NCBI GenBank assembly: GCA_002499005.1
Contig: DAJU01000010.1
Location: 73,750 to 137,749, forward strand
Source of the DNA: Thaumarchaeota archaeon UBA164
GTDB taxonomy: Archaea > Thermoproteota > Nitrososphaeria > Conexivisphaerales > UBA164
Direction of reading: 5' to 3'
DNA: 64,000 nucleotides
Part shown: positions 56,267 to 64,000 of the stretch, one piece after another
How the letters are laid out: every line of letters starts with the position of its first letter
How positions within the stretch are numbered: position 1 is the stretch's first letter
Made by a program: the position numbers and the translations under genes
Notes under the pieces: model-generated
What the model was told of the DNA's origin: nothing
The model's database searches: none
What the model saw: the letters and a program-made list of their open reading frames with translations, nothing else

Positions 56267-57030
56267 TATCCAAGCTCCTCAAGCTCTTCCGTGCTTAGGC
56301 TTAACTTGTTTGAATCAAGTGCCTCCTGCAGGTGTTCAACGTTAGAAACCGACGGCGCTGCTGATATACGGTTCTGCCTTAACCACGCAAGCGCCACCTG
56401 CGCCGGTTTGACGCCCTTTTGCATTGCAACCTCTCTTAGCGCCATCACCTTTTTGCGCCTGCCAAGAGAAAGAAGGCCGGCGTTCATTATCCTTCCGCCA
56501 TCTAAAGCCGAAGAGGAAAACAGGTTAAGCCTTGTCGACCTCACCTTTTCAATCCCACTAAAGACATTTATGTCAAACTTGAGGTGACTTAAGATGTCCC
56601 TCATACCTCTCGATTCTATAAGCCTTATATCGCCTGGCCATGCCCCTATAACTGAAAAGCCCAGCGCATATCCCTCCTGAACGCTGTACTTTATGGCCCT
56701 CAGAGCCTCCCTAAGGCTAACCAGAAGGACCGGCCTTTTTATTTCCAAGACGTCTATTGGCCTGCCAAGCAAGCCCACTAGATCTCTTACCTCTCTAAGT
56801 ATGTTTTCAAACGTTGGATAAAAAGCACCAACCCTTAAAACTATGCGCGTATCAGGGCTTAGCTCCTTGATAACCAGATCCCTGAACTTTTTATTTTCAA
56901 ATGAATCCCTAAAATCGATGAGCCCTGCACCCAGGTCAACCGCAGCCCTTACAAGCCTTTTAGCAAGCTCGCTGTCAGCGGTTACCTGCCTCCTTATCGA
57001 GATCCCTATTACCGGGGTCTGCAGGAGCAT
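56266..57030 (-). CDS. Aldo/keto reductase-fold protein, degenerate
   Basis: C-terminal AQVALAWL...P..SNVEHLQE is AKR-typical; catalytic positions altered. Confidence 0.7.
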   Translation of the reverse strand: MLLQTPVIGISIRRQVTADSELAKRLVRAAVDLGAGLIDFRDSFENKKFRDLVIKELSPDTRIVLRVGAFYPTFENILREVRDLVGLLGRPIDVLEIKRPVLLVSLREALRAIKYSVQEGYALGFSVIGAWPGDIRLIESRGMRDILSHLKFDINVFSGIEKVRSTRLNLFSSSALDGGRIMNAGLLSLGRRKKVMALREVAMQKGVKPAQVALAWLRQNRISAAPSVSNVEHLQEALDSNKLSLSTEELEELG

Positions 57031-57053
57031 GCGGTAGCATTGCTATTGGGTAT

Positions 57054-57578
57054 TTATAACCTCTGCTCCCCTTTGCTCATCTTCTTTGCCAAAAGCTCTG
57101 CGTAGCCCTCCTTTATTGGGGCCCATTTGATGCCAAGTGAGCTTATAAGAGCTCTGGCCCTTAAAAGTTCCTCGTCGTTTTTAACTTCAATTTCAACAAA
57201 TGCGCCCAGCCCATCGACCAGGTCAAGCTCCACCACCAATCCTTCTAGCAAATAAGCTTCCCTTGTCTTTTTAACCCTGATAAGCTCGTTAAACCCTGAT
57301 AAAAGAAGTATTCTTAGCGCAGATTCAAAGTTCTCTACCTTTACTTCGATCTCTTCCCTTGTTTTGACAACATCCTCTACCAGCGGCCCCTTGTACGTTA
57401 TCCATGCGCCGCCGCTTGAGCCCATTCTTACCCTTAGCGCAGATCCCTCCTGAAGGCATTTGGAGCCGAGGTATACATCGATCTGCTCCTCTGAGCCAAG
57501 AAGTCTGCCATTCTTTGAAAGCCTTTGTCTTGTTTCGTTATAGTTTTCAATCGCTACTTTGATCTCCCTCTCCATCAT
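57054..57578 (-). CDS. cyaB: CYTH domain protein (class IV adenylate cyclase-like)
   Basis: EREIK, Q.DVY, LRVR, TYKGP, KTREEIE, KTRE, GLGAFVEIE. Confidence 0.88.
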   Translation of the reverse strand: MMEREIKVAIENYNETRQRLSKNGRLLGSEEQIDVYLGSKCLQEGSALRVRMGSSGGAWITYKGPLVEDVVKTREEIEVKVENFESALRILLLSGFNELIRVKKTREAYLLEGLVVELDLVDGLGAFVEIEVKNDEELLRARALISSLGIKWAPIKEGYAELLAKKMSKGEQRL

Positions 57579-57659
57579 GCGACTTATCCGCTTGCCGTTT
57601 ATTTAACGGTGATCCCCAAGCACAGCATGCCAAAGGCCTGACGTTTCTATATAATGATA

Positions 57660-58127
57660 TTATGCCTTGTAAAATGCGACCTTTACCTTTTCATTAAACC
57701 CTGTTATGCCCTTCCAATGCTTTCCTATCCAATACACCTTCCCGCATCTGCTGCAAACATAAAAACTTCTGTTAACGGCCTTTACCTTTTCAGGCACATT
57801 GAAAAGGTCGGCGGCACTGGCCCTTTTTAGCTTTCCATTGCACAAAGTGCATCGAACAGCCCTTAACCTAGGCCGTGCCCCAACCGCCCTAAGAACCTCC
57901 GCCACGGCTTTGGCCCTATCCTCGTCGAGTCGCAAAAGCAAAACCTTTCTGCCCGATAAAGTTGCCCTTTTATAGAGATCCTCATCGCTTGTCAAAAGCA
58001 AGCGACATGTGTAGTTCCTTAGAAGCCCTTCGTCGTCGCCGTTCTTATAATACAGAACGTCAAGCCCGTAAAGCCTTAGCTTTCTGGCCACGTCGCCAAG
58101 CATCGAATCAGCTATCAGCTTTGCCAA
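57660..58127 (-). CDS. Mut7-C RNase (DUF82) domain protein; start uncertain
   Basis: ADSMLG.VARKLRLYGLD, LLTSD, RCTLCN, CSRCGKVYW.GKH. Confidence 0.87.
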   Translation of the reverse strand: MAKLIADSMLGDVARKLRLYGLDVLYYKNGDDEGLLRNYTCRLLLTSDEDLYKRATLSGRKVLLLRLDEDRAKAVAEVLRAVGARPRLRAVRCTLCNGKLKRASAADLFNVPEKVKAVNRSFYVCSRCGKVYWIGKHWKGITGFNEKVKVAFYKA

Positions 58128-58683
58128 GCTCCTCGCGGCACTCTTCACAGAGGAACCTGCCATCAACCTCTAACAGAAAATCTGACCACTGGCCACAGTT
58201 GTCACAGTAGCCCGATATGTATTTTTTGGGCAGAACCGGCCCCTTGCCCCTTAGCATGGCCTTTTCCGACGCTATATCCATCAGCTGGGGAAACAGGTTT
58301 ATTATGTCAGTCATTGAAACAACGCCAACCAGTTCGCCCTTGTATACGACACCAAGCCTTTTAACCCCATACTTTATCATAAGCCTTGCGGCATCCATCA
58401 CTGATGCCTCTGCCTTTACAGTCTGAAGGGGGTTGCCCATTACCTCCCTGACCTTTACGGAGCTTGGTATAAGGTCCTTGCTAACCACCTTTTTAATTAT
58501 GTCCATTTCAGTTATTATTCCTATTGGCTGGCCATTGTCAAATACTATAAGGCTTCCAACGTTAGATTCAGCCATCTTTTTTGCAGCCTCACTTATGCTT
58601 TCATCAGGCGAGGCATAGACTATTGGGCTGCTCATGACCTCCCGGACCTTGACGTTAAGAGATATGCTGTGCTCGAACGCCAT
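58108..58683 (-). CDS. CBS-pair protein with C-terminal Zn ribbon
   Basis: Two CBS repeats; GYCDNCG...LCEEC. Confidence 0.9.
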   Translation of the reverse strand: MAFEHSISLNVKVREVMSSPIVYASPDESISEAAKKMAESNVGSLIVFDNGQPIGIITEMDIIKKVVSKDLIPSSVKVREVMGNPLQTVKAEASVMDAARLMIKYGVKRLGVVYKGELVGVVSMTDIINLFPQLMDIASEKAMLRGKGPVLPKKYISGYCDNCGQWSDFLLEVDGRFLCEECREELGKADS

Positions 58684-58834
58684 TACGTAATATATTTGTA
58701 TTGATGGGGATTTATATGTTATCCTGTTTGTGATGCGTCGTCCTTAAATTTATTGCAGTTTGGGCGAGCTTCCAATAGCTTGCGAGTGAGCTACCCTTCA
58801 TATAGACTGCTTGCGGCGTTACAAACCGCTGCAG

Positions 58835-59163
58835 GCTTCTTCCGCAGCGCAGGGGACATATGGGCTGACGCTAAGGGCCGTTATGTCATCCCTTAAGGCG
58901 CTTCTATTCCCTGCTTTATCTGGCTTTAAACAACATCAAGTTGCTCTTTATGACATACGCCCTTGGCTTTTTTTATTTTTGCAGCCAACAGCAGAAGACC
59001 ATTTCAAGCTACTGCGTAGCCTGTGAACCATATCTCTTCAGGGAACAGCCCTTCAGTGACAACCATTCCTAGCGCCTTTGTCTGCCGCAAAGGCACCGTT
59101 TTAGTTGGCCCGGCCTAAGAAGCGCCGGCCCGCGGTGAACTGCAAGGCCTTTCTTCTGAACAA
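58835..59163. repeat. Dispersed 329-bp structured non-coding repeat, copy 2
   Basis: Near-identical direct copy of 34590-34917. Confidence 0.95.
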
Positions 59164-59226
59164 ACACATGAAACAATTACAAGCACGGCAATTAACGTTA
59201 AATTTTGGAAAGGACAAGCGATAGCG

Positions 59227-61233
59227 TTGCATGAAGGGCATGTACTGGTTATAGCTGAAAAAAGGGATGCAGCTAAAAGGATAGCCCAGGCGCTGGGAGG
59301 GAGGTATGTGGAAAGGCGAATCGGAAGCGTGCCTTATTATGAGACAACTTGGATGGGAAAAAGGATGTACGTTGCGCCTGCTAGGGGCCACCTCTACGGC
59401 TTAGACAGCGATGTGAAGGACAGAAGCCTGTTTCCTGTACTTGACGTTGAGTGGGTTCCTCTCAGCGAAGTAAAAAAGGAGGACAGGGATATAAGTGCCC
59501 ACGTTAACGCCATGAGGGTTCTTGGAGAAGGAGCTAGCGATATAATAATCGCATGTGATTACGATATAGAAGGCGAAACCATAGGCTACAACATAGTTAA
59601 GTACCTCGGGCTTATACGGGGCGAAGTAAAAAGGGCAAAGTTTTCAACGCTAACTACGCAGGAGCTTAGGGAAAGCTTTGCCTCCTTACTGGTAAGAAAG
59701 GAATGGAGGATGGCCATGGCCGGCAGGGCCAGGCACTTCGTTGACTATATATGGGGGATAAGCCTCTCCAGAATGGTCAGCTCCATGGCCGCCCAAGTTA
59801 AAAGAGCCACACTCAGCATAGGAAGAGTTCAGGGGCCCACGCTTGTCGAGTTAATGAACAGGGAAAGTGAAATCCGCAGCTTTGTCCCTGAGCCTTACTG
59901 GCAGGTAAAGGCGCTTATTGAAGTTAATGGTCAGGAAGTTGAGATGGAGGGGCCTAGGCTTTATACTGCTGAAGACGCGGAAAAGGCTAAAGCGATAAAG
60001 GGGAAGGAGGGCGTTGTCACAGAATTTAAGGAACAGGAAGTAAGCTTGCAGCCGCCTCCGCCGTTTAACCTAAGCGACCTTCAGAGGGAGGCTTATAGAA
60101 TATACGGCATACAGCCATGGAGCGCGTTGCGGGTTCTTGAGGGCCTTTATCTCAGGGCGCTTATATCTTATCCGAGGACAAGCTCGCAAAAGCTTCCGCC
60201 GTCAATAAATTACAGGAGGATAATTTCTGGGCTTTCTTCTATGTATCAGAGAGAAGCCGGCATGCTCACAAGGGATAAGCCTGTTGAGGGCAGCGAAGAC
60301 GATCCAGCGCACCCGGCAATATACCCCACCGGCGAAGTAGCCAAGCTATTTGGAGAGGAGTACAAGCTTTATGACCTTGTTGCAAGAAGGTTTTTGGCAA
60401 CGTTTTCAAAGGACGCCGAAGTCACCAGAAGAGCCTTAAAGGTGAACGTTGAGGGCCTTGACTTCTCAGCTAACGGGCAAAATGTTATTGAAAGAGGCTG
60501 GCTGGAGATTTACCGGTTCAGATCAATTGAGGAAAGGCCTGTCCCCAGCGCAAAAGAGGGAGACGTGGCTCTTGTAAAAGATGTTTCTGTGGATTTAAGC
60601 TACACCAGGCCCCCTGCTCGTTACACGCCATCAACCATACTTGACTGGATGGAGAAGAACGAGCTTGGCACCAAGGCAACAAGGGCCGACATAATAGAGA
60701 CCCTCTATAAAAGGGGTTACATAGCCGACAGAAACATCAAGGTTACTGGGCTGGGCATGGCTGTTGCCAGGTTCTTCGCCAACTCACGTGTTATAACGCT
60801 TAACATGACTAGGACCCTTGAAAGGGACCTTGAAGGGATCGAGGTTGGAAACGTATCGCCTGAAAAGGTTTTAATGGAAAGCGTGAAGGTCCTTATGCAG
60901 GAAGTTGGGGAAGGCGGAAGCAGGGACGAGCTGCTGAGTCTCTATTCCGCGTATTTAAAGGAACCAGTGAAGGTAAGGGGACTATCAATAGGAAAGTGCC
61001 CAGTTTGCGGCAAGGGTGAACTGATCGTGCGCCGGTCTATGGCTGGTAAGAGGTACCTCAAGTGTAACAGCTGTGGTGCTTCAGCGCCGCTTCCATCAAA
61101 GGGGAGACTTGTTTCAGCAAAGGCAATATGCCCCCATTGCGGATGGCCTATGGTTAGGAGAGGAGGATGGGTGTTTTGTCCAAACCTGAATTGTCCGGGA
61201 AAAAAGGCAGGTGTATTGTCTGCGGGGAAGTAG
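59227..61233 (+). CDS. topA: Type IA DNA topoisomerase with C-terminal Zn ribbons
   Basis: IAEK, ACDYDIEGE, SIGRVQGPTL, ISYPRT (catalytic Tyr), AHPAIYPT, LGTKATR. Confidence 0.95.
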   Translation: MHEGHVLVIAEKRDAAKRIAQALGGRYVERRIGSVPYYETTWMGKRMYVAPARGHLYGLDSDVKDRSLFPVLDVEWVPLSEVKKEDRDISAHVNAMRVLGEGASDIIIACDYDIEGETIGYNIVKYLGLIRGEVKRAKFSTLTTQELRESFASLLVRKEWRMAMAGRARHFVDYIWGISLSRMVSSMAAQVKRATLSIGRVQGPTLVELMNRESEIRSFVPEPYWQVKALIEVNGQEVEMEGPRLYTAEDAEKAKAIKGKEGVVTEFKEQEVSLQPPPPFNLSDLQREAYRIYGIQPWSALRVLEGLYLRALISYPRTSSQKLPPSINYRRIISGLSSMYQREAGMLTRDKPVEGSEDDPAHPAIYPTGEVAKLFGEEYKLYDLVARRFLATFSKDAEVTRRALKVNVEGLDFSANGQNVIERGWLEIYRFRSIEERPVPSAKEGDVALVKDVSVDLSYTRPPARYTPSTILDWMEKNELGTKATRADIIETLYKRGYIADRNIKVTGLGMAVARFFANSRVITLNMTRTLERDLEGIEVGNVSPEKVLMESVKVLMQEVGEGGSRDELLSLYSAYLKEPVKVRGLSIGKCPVCGKGELIVRRSMAGKRYLKCNSCGASAPLPSKGRLVSAKAICPHCGWPMVRRGGWVFCPNLNCPGKKAGVLSAGK

Positions 61234-61430
61234 CTGAAGGGGACCTCTGCTTTAAGCATGAACGGGCCCTGGAGGAGCTTAGGTCAAAATATACTTCATG
61301 GAAAGCTGCCTTTGGGTATAACGTGCAGGAATACCTCATGGCGTTGCAAAAAAGAAAGGAAACTGGAGAATGGACAAAGGAGCTTATAGCCTACATCGTT
61401 GCCAACAAAAGATTTGAGATGCTGACCTGA
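61167..61430 (+). CDS. Small hypothetical protein with CxxC...CxxH motif
   Basis: CIVCG...LCFKH, W..A.G....EYL..L....ETGEW; overlaps topA end; start uncertain. Confidence 0.6.
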   Translation: MGVLSKPELSGKKGRCIVCGEVAEGDLCFKHERALEELRSKYTSWKAAFGYNVQEYLMALQKRKETGEWTKELIAYIVANKRFEMLT

Positions 61431-61513
61431 GCTTAGCATTTAATGCCAACGGGCCACGTAAACCATAAAATATGCGTATGCCGCAAAGCGCTCAGCCTGC
61501 TTTTTGGACATGG

Positions 61514-62049
61514 TTAGCATTCCCCTTTCATTCCTTTTGGCAGGCCTATGCCGCTCTGGCCCAGGTACGCCCCAGAGTATGAGGCCTTGCCCTCTGCCCT
61601 TACCAAAATTACGTGTAAAAACCTCATGCCGCGCCTTAATATAATGTAGTTCTTGCTGTTGTTTATTATCTCTATAGTTACGTTACCTGAAAATCCTGCA
61701 TCTATGACGGTGGGGCTGATGCTGAGCCCGTACCTGGCAAGCGTCGACCTCAGGTTGCAAAAGCCAACCAAGTCATAAGGAAGCTCCACGCGTTCCATCG
61801 TGGTTAAAAGCACAAACGAATTCGGCGGAACAGGTATAATTCCGTCTTGCGAATCGTTTACATGGAAAAGCGCCTCCGAGCTGCTGAGATCGCATGGATC
61901 AACGGTTTGACCAGAGATCGAATATGTCGCGTACTGAGCACCTATTCTGAGATCGACGCCGTTCTCCCTTATCGTAGACTTGCTAAGCGGGTCTATTTTC
62001 AGCCTTTGGACATTTCGTTTATAATAGCGTCGTGTGAAAGAACGCCCAT
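61514..62049 (-). pseudogene. dcd: dCTP deaminase, frameshifted near codon 16
   Basis: MGVLSHDAIINEMSKG* from ATG 62049; the -1 frame continues RLKIDPL...IRENGVDLRIG...RSTLARYGL...DAGFSG.VTIE. Confidence 0.8.
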
Positions 62050-62188
62050 ATATCGGGTTTAGCCGAGCGACTTAAAGCTGTGCGGCATAACCGCGTTTGG
62101 CTAAAAAGTTAATAAAATAAAATTCCATGAAAACAATATAAACTTAAAATATGGATAACGCTTTTAGGCAGTACATAAAATAAGCTTA

Positions 62189-62587
62189 TTGAAGTTGCCA
62201 AGGAACAGCAAGGAGGACAAGCTTGCTAGTCTTGTTTATAAGCTTGTTCTTGAAAGCGGTGAAAAAGGAGTTCTTCAGTCTGAGCTATGGAAAAAGCTAA
62301 ACCTTACAAGCAGGGATGGCTCAAGGATAGCGACTAGGTTAGAGAAAAGGAAGCTTATAAAAAGGGAAAAGGTCCTTGAGGACGGAAGATGGACTTATCT
62401 GCTCAGGCCGGTTTCAATGCCCATAAGCGTTAAGGCTATAATGAGAGCTCCATGTATAAACTGCCCGTTTATTGCTAAGTGCTACCCTGATGGGCAGGTA
62501 TCCCCAAGGACATGCACAAAGCTTGAGAGATGGGTGATATCCGAATATGAATCTTTCTTAGCTGGTGTAGTTGTAGATGAGGCCTGA
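62189..62587 (+). CDS. RPC34/TFE-beta-like wHTH protein with C-terminal Fe-S cluster motif
   Basis: GVLQSELWKKL.L.SRDGSR wHTH; PCINC.....C........C..L..W. Confidence 0.8.
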   Translation: MKLPRNSKEDKLASLVYKLVLESGEKGVLQSELWKKLNLTSRDGSRIATRLEKRKLIKREKVLEDGRWTYLLRPVSMPISVKAIMRAPCINCPFIAKCYPDGQVSPRTCTKLERWVISEYESFLAGVVVDEA

Positions 62588-63155
62588 CCAAGCGAAAAAG
62601 GAACATTATTACAGAATGGCCAAAAAAGCAGGCTATGCAAGCAGGGCTGCCTTTAAGCTGAAGCAGATAAACAGGAAATACAGGGTATTTAAAAGCGGTC
62701 AGTCTGTGCTTGATCTGGGCGCAGCACCGGGCGGCTGGACGCAGGTGGCTTCAAAGGAGGTAGGGGATACAGGAAAGGTTGTCGCCGTTGACAGGAGGCC
62801 ACTGAGAATTGACCTGGCCAACGTAACCTCGGTTGTTGAGGATGTGCTGAGCTGGATTCCAGGGGAGCAGTTTGACGTTGTTCTCTCTGATATGTCGCCA
62901 AGCGTTACAGGGATCTGGGAACATGACCAGTATGAACAATGGCGGCTTGCAACAAGAGCGCTTGAGATAGCGGAAAAGGTTCTCAAGAAAGGGGGAAATT
63001 TTGTATGCAAGGTCTTTGATGGGGAGGGCGCAAAGGAGCTTTATGAAAGGGCAAAAGGGGAATTCTTCTTTGTAAAGCTAACAAAGCCCCTTGCCAGCAG
63101 GGCTGAAAGCAGCGAGCTTTACTTGGTATGCAAAGGGTATTTTGGAAGGCATTAA
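62577..63155 (+). CDS. rlmE: 23S rRNA 2'-O-methyltransferase RlmE/FtsJ
   Basis: SRAAFKL, DLGAAPGGW, SDMSP, K.F, KP.ASR.ES.E.Y. Confidence 0.93.
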   Translation: MRPDQAKKEHYYRMAKKAGYASRAAFKLKQINRKYRVFKSGQSVLDLGAAPGGWTQVASKEVGDTGKVVAVDRRPLRIDLANVTSVVEDVLSWIPGEQFDVVLSDMSPSVTGIWEHDQYEQWRLATRALEIAEKVLKKGGNFVCKVFDGEGAKELYERAKGEFFFVKLTKPLASRAESSELYLVCKGYFGRH

Positions 63156-63350
63156 TAACACGGTGCCGTATAAAACAAGCCACATAACATTGCGGGGAGA
63201 TGACCATCATGCAAAGTTCGCAAGACCGATGCTGCGCAACTCCTCGAGCTAACGTTAAAAGCAATTTTTGTAAGATAATGCAAAGAATTTGCCTTTTACT
63301 GTATGATCGGGCAATATTTTAATACCTCTTGCGCCGATTAATGGTATCAA

Positions 63351-64000
63351 ATGCCTACTGTTGAGCTAGTTGACATATGGAAAAGCTTTGGGAAGGTTAA
63401 TGTTCTTAAGGGCGTTAACCTAAAAGTCGAGGAAGGCGAGTTTGTAGTTTTGCTGGGGCCATCAGGTTCAGGAAAAACGACCCTTTTGAGAATAATAGCT
63501 GGCCTTGAATACCAGGACAAGGGCCACGTAATAATAGGCGGCAGGGTTGTTGATGACCTAACCCCGCGAGAACGAAATATAGCGATGGTATTTCAAAATT
63601 ATGCACTTTATCCGCACAAGACCGTTTACGAAAACATAGCGTTGCCATTAAGAACAGCAAGGATGAAACAGGATGACATAGATAAAAGGGTCAGGGACGT
63701 AGCGGCGCTTCTCCAGATAGAGGGGTTACTTGACAGATACCCCAGGCAGCTCAGCGGCGGACAGCAACAGAGGGTTGCGCTTGCCAGGGCTCTTGTCAGG
63801 AGGCCCACAGTATTCCTTATGGATGAGCCCCTTAGCAACTTGGACGCAAAGGTCAGAGTGATGGCTAGAACATTTCTAAAAAGGCTGCAAAAGGAGCTTA
63901 ATATCACCACAATATACGTAACCCACGATCAGGCCGAGGCCATGGCATTGGCTGATAGAATAGCTGTTATTTCTGACGGGGTAATACAGCAATACGATAC
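63351..64000 (+). CDS. Carbohydrate-type ABC transporter ATP-binding protein (MalK-like), 3' end outside window
   Basis: ATG 63351; GPSGSGKTT, MVFQNYALYPH, LSGGQQQRVALARA, MDEPLSNLDAK, YVTHDQ. Confidence 0.93.
   Translation, partial: MPTVELVDIWKSFGKVNVLKGVNLKVEEGEFVVLLGPSGSGKTTLLRIIAGLEYQDKGHVIIGGRVVDDLTPRERNIAMVFQNYALYPHKTVYENIALPLRTARMKQDDIDKRVRDVAALLQIEGLLDRYPRQLSGGQQQRVALARALVRRPTVFLMDEPLSNLDAKVRVMARTFLKRLQKELNITTIYVTHDQAEAMALADRIAVISDGVIQQYD

Noticed and set aside
61999..62001. TGA in dcd as selenocysteine or readthrough
   Set aside because: A TAG follows two codons later and homology continues in another frame; no canonical X XXY YYZ slippery heptamer either
823..63910. Numerous 60-160 aa ORFs antisense or out of frame to recognised genes
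   Set aside because: Shadow ORFs nested in well-supported CDS, with no family motifs

Overview
Gene-dense stretch of core chromosome from a TACK-group archaeon. A deep-branching, probably thermoacidophilic Nitrososphaerota-like lineage is inferred from CdvB/CdvC, a TFE-beta/RPC34-like protein, Zn-ribbon aRF1 and PriS, and the LarA-like/cyclophilin-like pair near FEN1. About 75 CDS: information processing (aIF-1A, DnaG, ValRS, aRF1, HisRS, RFC-S, PriS, GINS, L44e, S27e, aIF2-alpha, Nop10, S3Ae, FEN1, Kae1/Bud32, TopA, RlmE), the sdhABCD-sucCD operon, citrate synthase, Moco genes, nucleobase uptake and catabolism, AglB, and an ESCRT-III/Vps4 locus. One tRNA-Thr(GGT). No CRISPR array, rRNA or intact mobile element was seen. 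Main second-look items: (1) a 328/329-bp near-identical, hairpin-rich non-coding element present twice, 24 kb apart, with no TIR or TSD; (2) an ESCRT locus lacking cdvA, with a divergent ESCRT-III carrying an N-terminal amphipathic helix and a small 4-Cys protein after Vps4; (3) a wHTH-PLD regulator plus UbiA cassette preceded by two perfect TGCAA-N5-TTGCA palindromes; (4) a membrane protein, wHTH and cysteine-less peroxiredoxin module; (5) the valS stop codon lying inside the tRNA-Thr gene; (6) a miniaturised IS200/IS605 tnpB remnant and a solo end hairpin; (7) a frameshifted dcd; (8) several apparent pseudoenzymes. All family assignments come from motif recognition by eye; no database searches were run.
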